Assembly (NCBI GenBank): GCA_951406725.2
Contig: OX597815.1
Location: forward strand, 59,582,001-59,646,000
Source of the DNA: Octopus vulgaris
Lineage: Eukaryota
DNA: 64,000 bases
Direction of reading: 5' to 3'
This document shows, piece after piece, positions 22,575 to 38,644 of this stretch. Made by a program: the position numbers and the translations under genes. Within the stretch, counting starts at the first letter, position 1. Each line of letters starts with the position of its first letter. The notes under the pieces were generated by a model that had not been told where the DNA came from, did no database searches, and was given only the letters and a program-made list of their open reading frames with translations.

Positions 22575-24299
22575 TGATAAAACGGTAAGATAACAAAAGA
22601 AAGAAAGAGACCTCAATATTATGTAAATAGAGGAAATTTATCTATACAATATGTTACATTACTCGGTAGTCAAGATAAAACTCTGAGTTTCAGATGCCGA
22701 AGTGGAAATCCACAACACCATCTCTTCGGTTATCTGGCTATTTGAAAACGTTATGAAAAAATACCGTTAAAAATGAAGGGAAATTACTCTGTTATAACTC
22801 TGCTTTGCCTGCGTACTTATACATCGCTCGCATTTTTCGTCATAAAAATTATATAAAAATACATAAAAATATATAAAAATATATAAAAATATATAAAATC
22901 TTCTTGGGACATAACACAGAAAGCATGTTCTATCCGTTTTCTTTAGGGGACCAAAACGTAACAGAAATTTAGTCACATGTGGGCATGATCCGAAAAGTTC
23001 TGTCCTTGTATTTAGACATGTGGTAGGGTCTAAGCTGCTTTTCCAGATAAGCCATCTCTCCATGTCGCATAAACCGCACCTTCCGCTGCCGTTAGTATAG
23101 GGCTTACATCTGGCCAAAATCTTCCATTGTATGTTATAATCGACACCTTTATCTCTTAAAGACCAAATATGATTGGATAATTGTGTCGCTTTTCTTTTGT
23201 TCCAGTGCCTAAAGCTCAAAGTGTGGTTATTGAACCTGGCCTTGAAATTACCCTCTGTCAGGCCCACGTATTTCTTCGTCGAAACGGTGTCTTTAGTGGT
23301 TATAGAGTTTACGGTAGCTTCATATATGATGGTCTTGGACATGCAAGCTCCATTTACGCCCCCTTACTCACCCGAGGTGGCCTTCAATATAGGTAAATAT
23401 TTCCTAGCACTGATAGATAGACATTTTCCAGTTAACCATGCTTATAGGAAACTCTTCAATAGACACAATTTAAAAATTAGTTTTAGTTCAACTACCAATT
23501 TTAAAAACATAATCAATCATAACATACAAAAACACAAGAAGAAAACAGCTGTTCATGCAGGAATAAAGAATTGTGCCCGCTAAATGGAGCTTGCATGTCC
23601 AAGACCATCATATATGAAGCTACCGTAAACTCTATAACCACTAAAGACACCGTTTCGACGAAGAAATACGTGGGCCTGACAGAGGGTAATTTCAAGGCCA
23701 GGTTCAATAACCACACTTTGAGCTTTAGGCACTGGAACAAAAGAAAAGCGACACAATTATCCAATCATATTTGGTCTTTAAGAGATAAAGGTGTCGATTA
23801 TAACATACAATGGAAGATTTTGGCCAGATGTAAGCCCTATACTAACGGCAGCGGAAGGTGCGGTTTATGCGACATGGAGAGATGGCTTATCTGGAAAAGC
23901 AGCTTAGACCCTACCACATGTCTAAATACAAGGACAGAGCTTTTCGGATCATGCCCACATGTGACTAAATTTCTGTTACGTTTTTGGTCCCCTAAAGAAA
24001 ACGGATAGAACATGCTTTCTGTGTTATGTCCCAAGAAGATTTTATATATTTTTATATATTTTTATATATTTTTATGTATTTTTATATAATTTTTATGACG
24101 AAAAATGCGAGCGATGTATAAGTACGCAGGCAAAGCAGAGTTATAACAGAGTAATTTCCCTTCATTTTTAACGGTATTTTTTCATAACGTTTTCAAATAG
24201 CCAGATAACCGAAGAGATGGTGTTGTGGATTTCCACTTCGGCATCTGAAACTCAGAGTTTTATCTTGACTACCGAGTAATGTAACATATTGTATAGATA
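22572..24299 (+). mobile_element. PLE 3' fragment (GIY-YIG) with a ~718-bp inverted duplication
   Basis: 23357-24008 encodes PPYS..NIGKYFLALIDRHFP, CSC..CPLNGAC and IIYEATV..KYVGLTEGNFKARFNNH. 22639-23356 is the near-perfect reverse complement of 23581-24299. Confidence 0.92.
24203..24265 (+). ncRNA. Type I hammerhead ribozyme, CCGAAGA core variant (inverted copy at ~22667-22740)
   Basis: AGATAA-CCGAAGA-GATG...GTGGA(tt)TCCAC...CATC-t-GAAA-CTCAGAG-TT-TTATCT. Confidence 0.75.
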
Positions 24300-24309
24300 T
24301 ATATATATG

Positions 24310-24342
<33 letters not shown>

Positions 24343-24367
24343 GTATATATATGTATGCATATATATA

Positions 24368-26192
24368 TGATTGATTGATTGATTGATTGATTGATTCTAG
24401 TTTCAGCTTATGAGCTGTGGCCATGCTGGGGCACCGCCATTTGGTGTTGCTACTTGGTTTCACTTCATGAAGGCTTTCTAGCAACTGCTATTTGGTGCAT
24501 GAGAAAGTTCGATGCAGCTGCCCTCGTCTGCCCCTCCTGCCATGAAGTTGGTTCATCTGGGACACCTGACAGGAAGAGATCCAGCTTCATTTTAAAGACA
24601 TCTGTATCCACCCCATGCAGGTCTCTCAGGTTCCTCAGGAGGATATTGAAGAGCTGTGGTCCTCGGAAGCCCAGGCTATCACAGAATCTTGTCCTACATC
24701 TTGATGGCAAGTTTGGAGTCCTAGGCACCACGCAGTGGCGCCCAGTTCTGGCATTTGCGTAACTCTCGATGCCAAAGTTCAGGACACTTCCCTCCAGGAT
24801 CTTCCAGATGTATATTATGTCATATCTTTCCCGCCTACGCTCCAGGGAATATAATTTTAATTTCTCTTGAGTCTTTCCCAGTAGCTTACATTCTGCATAG
24901 AGGCTATCTTCTTCGTGTAGCTACGTTGGATCGCCTCGAGCTCTGTGATCAACTTGACACTGGATGGTGACCATAACTGAGAGCAGTAGTCAAAGTGGCT
25001 TAGGACAAGTGTCCTCCAGAGGACCATCATGGTTTCTTGTTCTCTTGTTCTAAAGGTTCTGAGGATCCATCCGGCCAGTCGTCTACATTTCATTGCCAAT
25101 TTAGCAACATGTACACGAAAGGTCGCGTCATCACTAATGTAAATACCTAGGTCACGCACTGATTGTGCCTCTGGGATTGCTATTCCTCCGGGTCCAGTGT
25201 ATTCATTGGGTATTGCATTTAGTTTTGCATGCTGATAGTATAGAGCTTGAAACTTTTCAGCATTGAACTGCATGCTATTCTTTTTCGGCCCACTTGTATA
25301 TTTTGTCTAGCTCACATTGCAGGTGTTTTGTGTCCTCAGGGTTCTGTATTGCCTGTGAAACTTTTGTATCATCTGCATAACTTGTGATCGTGGCTCTCTG
25401 CGTGGCTGAGGGCATGTCTGAGAGGGCCATTATGAACAGTAGTGGTCCCAGAACAGTGCCCTGCGGAACACCGCTCACTATTTGCATGTTAATGGAAGTG
25501 GCCCCATTGGCCACTACCACCTGACTTCTATCTTTCAGTAAGTCATGAAGCCATTCTCCCAGTTTTCCAACTATGTTGAGATCACGCAGTTTGTGACATA
25601 TCATTCCATGATCGACTTTATCAAAGGCCTTTGCAAAGTCGAGATATATGACTTCCACGTTTGAGTGGTTGAGCAGCCGTTTCAGCACCCAGTCATAGTG
25701 TTGTAGGAGCTGAGTTAAACAGCTTCTCCCTGGTCGGAAACCATGTTGGGTGTCGGGCAGCAAGTCATTTTCTTCAAGGAAGGTGATCAGCTTCCTTCTG
25801 ACTATTCGTTCCATGACCTTGCTGATGTGTGAGGTCAGAGAGATAGGTCTATAGTTCTTGGCTTCCGCTCTGCTACATCCTTTATGAATGGGGCATATTT
25901 GACCTTCCTTCAGTTTTCTTGGAAGTTTGCCAGCTGCAAGGAAGCTCTGAAAGAGGAACTGCAGTGGTCTTGCTAGGACTCTCTTACATGCTTTTAGGAG
26001 GATTGCCGGGAATCCATCGGGGCCAGTAGCTGAGTCTGTTTTCATTTCATCTATAGCCTTGATTACATCGTCTTCCTTTATATCGATGTAATCTATCGTC
26101 GCCGCCTCTGATTTTATATCTGCAGTGGTAAAAAAGTCAGTTGGATTGGTGATTTGGAGATGCCCAAGGGGTGGAGTGAAAACACTCTTGAA
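24368..26192 (-). mobile_element. CR1 family A, 5'-truncated, frameshifted
   Basis: RT split over ORFs 25275-26192, 24857-25273 and 24465-24731; (AATC)n tail. Confidence 0.95.
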
Positions 26193-26660
<468 letters not shown>

Positions 26661-26998
26661 GTGAAGGCGCATGGCTCAGTGGTGAGAGCGTCGAGCTTAC
26701 GATCGTGAGGTTGTGAGCTCGAATCCCGGACCGGGCTGCGTGTTGTGTCCTTGAGCAAGGCACTTTATTTCACGTTGCTCCAGTTCACTCAGCTGTAGAA
26801 ATGAGTTGCGACGTCACTGGTGCCAAACTGTATCGACCTTTGTCTTTCCCTTGGATAACACTGGTGGCGTGGAGAGGGGAGGCTGGTATGCATGGGCGAC
26901 TGCTGGTCTTCCATAAACAACCTTGCCCGGACTTGTGTCTAGGAGGGTAACTTTCTAGGTGCAATCCCATGGTCATTCATGACCGAAGGGGGTCTTTA
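26661..26998 (+). mobile_element. tRNA-derived SINE, full length (~340 bp)
   Basis: A box TGGCTCAGTGG (26672-26682), B-box-like GCTCGAATCCC (~26717-26727), and a central TGTGTCCTTGAGCAAGGCACTT block resembling conserved metazoan SINE cores. Confidence 0.88.
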
Positions 26999-27002
26999 TA
27001 TG

Positions 27003-27366
<364 letters not shown>

Positions 27367-30300
27367 CCATATATATATGCTGGCAACCATAATACCCAAA
27401 CAGTTAGTAATAACACCCGCCAACACAACAGAGGCAACACCACACCCATCAACAACCAGGAGGATAACAGTGCCCCTACACTTAATGCAACACCTCCGCC
27501 TGGGACTAACAGCACACGACCGCGAAATGCAGTGCACTGCAACTGCATATGTGCAACCGAGTGTCCGCTACGTGGTGTATGTAGGGCGAAAAACGTAATC
27601 TATTCATGTGAGGTGAGTACCCAGTTTAACACACTCACCTACATAGGTTGCTCGACCTCCTGGAAATCTAGATACTACAACCACCGGTCCTCGTTTAAGC
27701 ATAGACATAAAGCTAGCAGCACCACCCTTTCTAAGAAAATTTGGGAATTAAAAGATAAATGCATAGGTTTCAAACTCAGGTGGTCCATCATCGACTCAGC
27801 TGCACCCTATTTAAATAATAGAGCAGAATGCCAACTATGTTGTGTAGAACTCCTGAATATCTTGAAATTCAAGGAGAAACACAATCTTATTAACAAAAGG
27901 TCAGAGTTCAAGCCATCTTGTATACACAAACTTACTAATACTTTCAAATACTACAAAACTTAGGCTATTATACCAACTCCCCCATGCAATTTCCTCCTAC
28001 CCAAGTGCAACCTGTCGGCTCCAGCGCATCCCGTTTTCCTATATATATTTTCCTATATATACATATTTTGTCTCCCATATGTTTTTCCCTATACTTTTCT
28101 TCTCCTACACCTACCTTCTTCCTATCTAGATTTTTTGTTTCCCTATATCTATACCTTTTTCCATTCCTAGCTCTGATGTTGAGCGCACACCACCAAACCC
28201 CGCTTCCCACCCTTCCAATTTTCAGTTCCCCCCGCCCGCCCCTACGTGGTCACCTTTAACACACACCTATAACTTTACATTTTCAACCACCCTTTATTTT
28301 TACCTTTATCTCATGTTAAGCTTTACCCGATTACATTTTTATTTTATTTTATTCTATTTTATTTTATTTTATTTTTATTCTTTTTTTTATTCTTATTTTT
28401 TTATTCTTTATTTTAATTTTTATATTTTATTTCATATTTTATTTCTTATTTTTATTTCTAATTCTTATTCTTCCCTTATCCTTACTCCTATTTTTACCCC
28501 TATTTTATCACTTTACATCTCTATATATGTCTATTTTTAGCTTTTTTCCTTATTTACTTATCTATGTATCCGCTTTATGATTATACGTGTGTCTGGGTAT
28601 GTATGTATATGTATATATGTGTATGCGTATGTATGAGTAAATATCTGTATTTATATGTGTACCCTCCCGTTATACTTTTTTAATAATTTTTTTACATGCT
28701 TTTGTAGATTTCTTATATACATTTTTATACATCTTTTAATATCTTATATCTATACCTATGTGTGTGTGTATCTATATGTGTGTGTATCTGTGTATGTGTA
28801 TGTAAGTGTATGTGTACACGCACGTATAGACACACAGATGTGTGTGTGTGTGCGTGTAGATACGTGTGCGTGGGTCCGGTTTTTTTACATGTTTTTTACA
28901 TGTATTTTTTTACATGTGTTTTTTACATGCGTTTGTAGATTTCTTATATACATTTTTTTATACATCTTTTAATATCTTATATCTATACCTATATGTGTGT
29001 GTGTCTGTGTATGTGTATGTAAGTGTATGTGCACACGCACGTATAGACACACAGATGTGTGTGTGTGTGCGTGTGGATACGTGTGCGTGGGTCCGTGTGT
29101 ATGTATATACGCGTGTAAGTATGTACACGTGGGTGTGTATGTATGCACACACATATATACGTGCGTGTGCGGGTATGGGTGTGTGTATGTGTGGGTATGT
29201 ATATGTGTATGTGTATATATATACATATATATATGTGCATATATGTGTATATATATATGCGTACGTGTGTGTGTGTGTATATATATATGTATACTGTCCG
29301 TGTATATATATGCATATTCTGTTAAAATCTTTTGCCCGCAAGTTTCTTACGTTCATGTCTATCTAATGTACCCACTATGACTCCGTATCTTACCCGTGTG
29401 CAAGAACGGATCCTTTTGTTATACCTGTGTCTGCGCATATGCATACCTTTGTGTATAGGCATAGGGATCTACTCCCCCATGTGCGTGGGGGTGGACGCGA
29501 GTGCAGGTGTATACATATTCCTGCCCACACGCATAGAGATTCACTTCGTCTTGTACATGGTATGCGCGTCGGTTCGTGTACCCAACTACATGCGCCTTTT
29601 TCCATATATATCTGTATATGTTTACACGAGAGTACGTATGTATGCCTGTATGCGTGTAGTTGCATATGCGTGCGTATATGTGCGCGTGTATATGGGTGTA
29701 TGTATCCATGCGTGTACGTATGTACATGATGACCACTTAATACGTTACGAAGAACTAGATAAGCGGCTCAACAACTCTAATTTACAATACACTAGGTCCC
29801 CAGACGCCCCGGTTGATTTATGACACCCAAGGCTTCAACAACCAGAATTTGTCATTTTACTGACCCCCATGTTTGGTCCGTAACTACTAAATATCCCTTA
29901 TCCTTATATTCTTTTACATTCCTACACTCTTACACCCTTTAAACTTCTGATAATTTTTTTATTTTTTAAATTTTTTTATTTCTTTATTTTTTTCTTTATT
30001 TTTTCATTTATTTTTTTATAACTTTATACATTTATATTCATTTATATCTTTTTATATTTTTTTATATCTCTTTATATCTTTATACTCCACATTTTTATAT
30101 TTTTATATACTTACACTTTTTATATATTTTTTTATCCTTCGTCCTGAATTCTCGCCCCTCCATCTTTATTCCTATTTGCTCTTATTACCAGGTTCCTTCA
30201 CGTCTGTCTGCATTTTATATATGTATATATTTATTTATTCATTTATTTATATTACCTCAACATCCAAACTTCCTCATACTACATTGAGAGAAAGACGAGA

Positions 30301-30600
30301 TGGACGCTTCATTTTTATGCTGTTGCCGCATTATGTTATACGCGAATGAGAGGATTTGCATCCCCACCGTACAATTTTTGATGTAATACACGTCCTTGAG
30401 GTAGTAGTTGTGCGCGGCTGAAGAAGGCCATAGACACACATTATGCATTGTTATAAATCCGTCTAATAAAGGCCCGAAACATATGTACCGCTGAATCCTT
30501 GGCATCATATTTTTATTTTGATTAATTTACTCCACCACCTACACCATCAAACGGTATATACAGGTGCTTACAATTATCAAGTACTCACCCTGAATTTCTA
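27367..30600 (+). mobile_element. PLE 3' portion: GIY-YIG plus ~2.6 kb low-complexity 3' region ending in a hammerhead
   Basis: 27532-27963 encodes [29 protein letters not shown] and RYYNH. Internal ~200-bp duplication near 28690/28920. Hammerhead at 30414. Continuity of the whole span as one element is inferred. Confidence 0.75.
30414..30491 (+). ncRNA. Type I hammerhead ribozyme with a long helix II
   Basis: GCGG-CTGAAGA-a-GGCC..TAGAC...GTCTA..GGCC-c-GAAA-CATATG-TA-CCGC. Confidence 0.85.
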
Positions 30601-30614
30601 TATATATATACATG

Positions 30615-30648
<34 letters not shown>

Positions 30649-30701
30649 CATACATATATATATACATACATATATATACATATATATATATAAATATATA
30701 C

Positions 30702-30737
<36 letters not shown>

Positions 30738-30822
30738 GATTTGATTTTGATTTTTCCAGTTTCAGCTAATGAGCTGTGGCCATGCTGGGGCACCGCCATT
30801 TGGTGTGCTACACGGTTTTACC

Positions 30823-33818
30823 TTACGGATGTTTGTTGGCAAACGCCATCTGGTGCATGAGAGAGTTCGATGCAGCTGCTCTCATCTGCACCTCCTGCCG
30901 TGAAGTTGGTTCATCCAGGACACCTGACAGGAAGAGATCCAGTCCTACTTTAAAGACATCCGCATCCACACCATGCAGGTCCCTCAGGTTCTTCGGGAGG
31001 ATATTGAAGAGCCGTGGGCCTCTGAAGCCCAGGCTATCACAATATCTTGTCCTACATCTTGATGGCAAATTTGGAGTCCTTGGTACTACACAGTGGCGTC
31101 TGGTTCTGGCATTTGTGTGACTCTCGATGCCAAAGTCTGGGACAAGGCCTTCCAGGATCTTCCAGATGTATATTATGGCATATCTTTCTCGCCTACGCTC
31201 CAGGGAATAGAGCTTTAATCTCTTGAGTCTCTCCCAGTAGCTCATATGCTGCACAGAGGCTATCTTCTTCGTGTAGCTTCGTTGGATCGCCTCAAGTTCT
31301 GTGATCAGCTTGACACTGGATGGTGACCATAGCTGAGAGCAATAGTCAAAGTGGCTTAGGACAAGTGTCTTCCAGAGGACCATCATGGTTTCTTGTTCTC
31401 TTGTTCTAAAGGTTCTAAGAATCCAGCCAGCCAGCCGCCTACATTTCATTGTCAGTTTAGCAACATGTACATGAAAGGTCGCGTCATCACTCATGTGAAT
31501 ACCCAGGTCACGCACTGATTGTGCCTCTGGAATTGCAATCCCTCCGGGTCCAGTGTATTCATTGGGTATTGCATTCAGTTTTGCATGCTGATAGTATAAA
31601 GCTTGAAACTTTCCTGCATTGAACTGCATGCTATTCTTTTCAGCCCACTTGTATATTTCGTCCAGCTCACATTGCAGGTGTTTAGTGTCCTCAGGGTTGT
31701 GTATTGCCTGTGAAACTTTTGTATCATCTGCATAACTTGTGATCGTGGCTCTCTGCGTGGCTGAGGGCATGTCTGAGAGGGCCATTATGAACAGTAGTGG
31801 TCCCAGAACAGTGCCCTGCGGAACACCGCTCACTATTTGTGTGTTAATGGAAGTGGCCCCATTGGCTACTACCACCTGACTTCTATCCTTCAGAAAGTCA
31901 TGAAGCCATTCTCCCAGTTTTCCAACTATGTTGAGATCACGCAGTTTGTGACATATCATTCCATGATCGACTTTATCAAAGGCCTTTGCAAAGTCGAGAT
32001 ATATCACTTCCACATTTGAGTGGTTGAGCAGCCGTTTCAGCACCCAGTCATAGTGTTGTAGGAGCTGAGTTAAACAGCTTCTCCCTGGTCGGAAACCATG
32101 TTGGGTGTCGGGCAGCAAGTCATTTTCTTCAAGGAAGGTGATCAGCTTCCTTCTGAATATTCGTTCCATGACCTTGCTGATGTGTGAGGTCAGAGAGATA
32201 GGTCTATAGTTCTTGGCTTCCGCTCTGCTACCTCCTTTATGAATGGGGCATATTTTACCTTCCTTCAGTTTTCCTGGAAGTTTGCCAGCTGCAAGGAAGC
32301 TCTGAAAGAGGAACTGCAGTGGTCTTGCTAGGACTCTCTTACATGCTTTTAGGAGGATTGCCGGGAATCCATCGGGGCCAGTAGCTGAGTCTGTTTTCAT
32401 TTCATCTATAGCCTTGGTTACATCGTTTTCCTTTATATCAATGTAATCTATCGTCGCCGCCTCTGATTTTATATCTGCAGTGGTAAAAAGTCAGTTGGAT
32501 TGCTGATTTGGAGATGCCCAAGGGGTGGAGTGAAAACACTCTTGAATTGCTCATTCAGTATTTCACTTACCCTCATTGGTTTTCCTGTAAGTGTGCCATC
32601 CTTTTCGAGGAGTGGCCCTATTCTACAGTGCACTGTAGCTGTTTCTTTGGCATACCTGTAGAAAGCTCTGGGGTTAGATTTTATGTTTTCTATAGCCCAG
32701 GCTTCTTTGTCTGCTCTTTCTTTTTCATGGGAGAGTTGCAGACATTTTTCGATTTCCAACAGTTTTATTTTTAGGCGGGACTTTTCACTGCTTTCAATCT
32801 GTTTGTTTAGGCGATTTCAAAATTTCGTACGCCGTCTCATTAAAATTTTCCTCTCTCTGGGGATTTTGTTCTTGTGTACAGTGGCCTTTCTCTCTGGGAC
32901 ACATTTGTAGCATATGGCTTGCATTACAGACATGAATTGTTGAAGTTTCACGTCGATGTCTGGCGAGGAGAGACATTTAGGCCAGTTTTGTTTGAGGATC
33001 TCTTTCTCAATTTGTTTCCAGTTTGCCTTATGGTAGTTCAAGCTGGAAAGATTTTGAGGGTTTCTTGTAGGCTGCATGTCCGTGCTCTCTTTTGGCCCGT
33101 ACATGGTCAGCTCTATCATGTTGTGATCCGAGAGTAGTGTCGGTGTCACTTTCACATTATGGATGAGATCCATGTCATTTGTGAAGCAGAGATCCAGTGT
33201 GTTACCTGCCCTGGTTGGTTGGAGTATTACCTGCTCCATGTACAGGGTGTTGATGAGGTTCAGGAGGGACCTCGCCTGTCCTCGTTCACATCTTGTCATT
33301 CCTGGGAGAGAAAGGCCCACGGGCCATCTGACATTGGGCAGATTGAAATCTCCCATAAGAAGCACACCTATGTGTTGTTCTAATGTGGTTAGAACTTCTT
33401 CTATTTTTATAAGGCAGTCTTCAAACTTGCCCACATGGCTTGGGGCATCTGGAGGGCGATATGTAGCACACACAACTACATCAAGTTGCCTAATATGTAC
33501 AATTAGTGTGTCACACACCGAGTTTGAGTATGACAAGAGGACCTGGGGTGTGAGGTCCTCACGGATGTACATAGCAACACCTCCATGACTCCTTTCTTTC
33601 CTGTCGGTCCGTAGTACAGCATACTGTGGTATGTGTAACTCCGCATCTGCTATGTCCGGTTTCAGGTGCGTTTCCGTAAGTGCTATGCATAAGGCTTGAT
33701 TGCATGCAACAAAGTCTCTCAGGAACGGGATCTTTGTCCTGTTACTGAGTGTTTGCAGTCCTCTGATGTTCAGTAGGAGCATCGAGGTGAGGTGTACGTT
33801 GTTGCCGGCGGTGTCCAT
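30823..33818 (-). pseudogene. LINE ORF2 (APE endonuclease + RT), interrupted
   Basis: Motifs LNIRGL, LTETHL, GGVAMY, YRPP, GDFNLP, TLDL, SDH and a complete RT. In-frame TGA at 32817-32819 and a 1-nt deletion in an A run at ~32485. Confidence 0.92.
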
Positions 33819-34681
33819 CCTGTGTCTGTTTGCTGTGGTGGTCTGGTATATAGTGGGTAGTCCCACCTGCGGGCTTGGGTTTGATGAAGCCAGGTCAGCT
33901 GCTGTACATTCTTTTGTGCCATGCACAAAAAAGATTGTTGCTCAGCAGCTGCCCTTTCGACAACATCATGTTGGCGGTTTGTGGCGCGCACAACATCTGC
34001 GTACCTCCGCTTTGGGGCAGGTGGTGCGTGGTCCATCCCTTTTCTTTGTGTTGATGGTTTGTCCATCTGCCTCGTGTCTCTGTGGCAGGGTCCCCGATGT
34101 GCAAAGTGGCAGCCTGCACCTTCCTTTCCATGCCAGCAGGAACCTCTCAGGTAGAACATACACACCCGTGTGCGCTGTTTGGTTCCATCTTTTGCGGTTC
34201 CACTTCTATTCTTGGTTGTTTCACCCTTTGGTCCTGCTTGAGCTTTTTCTTTTCTTTTAGCTCTTCCAGTCCTTCTTTTAGTTCTTCTTCCTCCCTCTAC
34301 CTCTTCACCGGGTTCTCCGTCTCCATGGCCCTTGCTGCCGGTTGGAGAACTTGCACCTGGGTTCACTTCCCGGGCAGGTTTCTCATTCAAAACCTCCTCT
34401 CGGGCGTCCACCAGGTGGGGGTGACTTCTTTCATCGTCTCCATTCTTGCCATCTTTGCCTCGCTCGTTCTCAAAGATGGCATCAAGTGCGCCAATGTGCG
34501 ACCGTACAAGCGCATATGAGCGCACGAATTCCCGTCTCTTTCGCTCCATCTGAGCCGCTGTCCTCTTGTAGCCTCTGCTCTTCAGCGCAGCCACAATCAC
34601 CTCGCTAGGGCTATCTCCGCCGGCGCACTCCCATGCTTGTACGAATAAATCCAGCTTGTCAGGTCTCCATGCTCTGGACAT
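33770..34681 (-). CDS. LINE ORF1, 303 aa: Myb/SANT trihelix-like N-terminus, basic region, CCCH zinc finger
   Basis: Intact ATG ORF with W..DKLDLFVQAW...LKSRGYKRTAAQMERKRREFVRSY, CMFYLRGSCWHGKEGAGCHFAH and RYADVV. Domain names are from motif recall. Confidence 0.8.
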   Translation of the reverse strand: MSRAWRPDKLDLFVQAWECAGGDSPSEVIVAALKSRGYKRTAAQMERKRREFVRSYALVRSHIGALDAIFENERGKDGKNGDDERSHPHLVDAREEVLNEKPAREVNPGASSPTGSKGHGDGEPGEEVEGGRRTKRRTGRAKRKEKAQAGPKGETTKNRSGTAKDGTKQRTRVCMFYLRGSCWHGKEGAGCHFAHRGPCHRDTRQMDKPSTQRKGMDHAPPAPKRRYADVVRATNRQHDVVERAAAEQQSFLCMAQKNVQQLTWLHQTQARRWDYPLYTRPPQQTDTGWTPPATTYTSPRCSY

Positions 34682-34739
34682 GCTGGATAATCCGTCTATC
34701 CGTTTATCTATCTAATTATGTTCGAGAGAAGACAGGAAG

Positions 34740-35380
34740 ATATTAAGGCTAATTAGAAGATAGAGTACTTGAAAAAGAAATATTAACAATATTAAAGTTT
34801 GTGGGTAAAAACGTTATTTAATCTTAAGGCTAATTAGGGATAGAGTATCTGAAAATGTATTAGCAATATTAATATTATATTAGAGTGTGGGTAAAAACGT
34901 TGTTTAATCTTAAGGCTAATTAGGAGATAGAGTATCTGAAAATATATTAGCAATATTAATATTATATTAGAGTGTGGGTAAAAACGTTATTTAATCTTAA
35001 GGCTAATTTGGAGATAGAGTATCTGAAAATATATTAGCAATATTAATATTATATTAGAGTGTGGATAAAAACGTTATTTAATCTTAAGGCTAATTAGGAG
35101 ATAGAGTATCTGAAAATATATTAGCAATATTAATATTATATTAGAGTGTGGGTAATATTAAACGTTATTTAATTTAATCTTAAGGCTAATTAGAAGATAG
35201 AGTATCTGAAAAATTATTAACAATATTAAAGAATATTAAACGTTATTTAATTTAATCTTAAGGCTAATTAACAATAATTATTAACAATATTAAACAATAT
35301 TAAACGTTATCAATATTAAACGTTATTTAATTTAATCTTAAGGCTAATTAGAAGATAGAGTATCTGAAAAATTATTATAT
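34740..35380. repeat. ~87-bp tandem repeats (~8 copies) in the LINE 5' UTR
   Basis: TCTTAAGGCTAATT recurs at ~34822, 34908, 34995, 35082, 35178, 35256 and 35336. Confidence 0.93.
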
Positions 35381-35426
35381 CGAAAACAGATATTGAAAAT
35401 GTAAACAAACAAAAATATATACATAC

Positions 35427-37320
<1,894 letters not shown>

Positions 37321-37383
37321 AAAGGGTAAGCCGAAAGGGTATGCTCCCACTTTCAGTGTTTTCAAATCCAAACCAGGGAATTC

Positions 37384-37436
37384 TGAGCTGATGATAGAAG
37401 TGTCGATTTTGACTAATCTTGAAACGTACGTTCTCA
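37384..37436 (+). ncRNA. Type I hammerhead ribozyme in a ~300-bp non-coding island (37317-37620)
   Basis: TGAG-CTGATGA-tAGA..GTC(gatttt)GAC..TCTt-GAAA-CGTACG-TT-CTCA. Confidence 0.85.
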
Positions 37437-37617
37437 AATAACCTTTGCATTTGATTTTTTAATGTCTCTACCCCCATACTTTTGTGAGTTGAATTGAGCA
37501 AACACTATATGAGAGAGGTTTTCTTTAAGTATTGGAAATAGTTTTAAAAAAGTTTTTTAGCTGCTATTTCTAATGAGTTCAGTATGCGGCAAAGTAATTT
37601 ATTTTACTAAGCCCTTT

Positions 37618-37704
<87 letters not shown>

Positions 37705-37723
37705 TATATACATATATATATAC

Positions 37724-37788
<65 letters not shown>

Positions 37789-37852
37789 CATATATATATA
37801 CATATATATACATATATATACATATATATATACATATATATACATACATATA

Positions 37853-37968
<116 letters not shown>

Positions 37969-37969
37969 C

Positions 37970-38116
37970 ATTTAGCGGTTCGGCAAAAGAGACTGATAGA
38001 ATAAGTACTGGGGTTACAAAAGAATGAGTCCCAGGGTCGAGTTGCTCGACTAAAGGCAGTACTCCAGCATGGCCGCAGTCAAATGACTGAAACAAGTAAA
38101 AAAAAGAAAACAAAAA
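37970..38116 (+). mobile_element. 5'-truncated SINE with a CR1-type 3' end
   Basis: CTCCAGCATGGCCGCAGTCAAATGACTGAAACAAGTAAAA parallels the LINE ends at 40190-40240 and 37135-37170. Confidence 0.8.
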
Positions 38117-38179
38117 TATATATATATATATACATACATATATATATATACATACATATATATATATATATACATACAC

Positions 38180-38644
<465 letters not shown>

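Larger units (their letters stand above)
30737..35415 (-). mobile_element. Full-length CR1-clade LINE family A (5' UTR, ORF1, ORF2, tail)
   Basis: ORF1 33770-34681; ORF2 ~33818-30823; 5' UTR with tandem repeats; (AAAATC)n tail. Confidence 0.95.

Noticed and set aside
26661-26735. Possible tRNA gene
   Set aside because: Degenerate B box and direct continuation into a SINE body.
28600-29740. His/Thr- and Val/Cys-rich ORFs
   Set aside because: Translations of degenerate (TG/TA)n low-complexity sequence.
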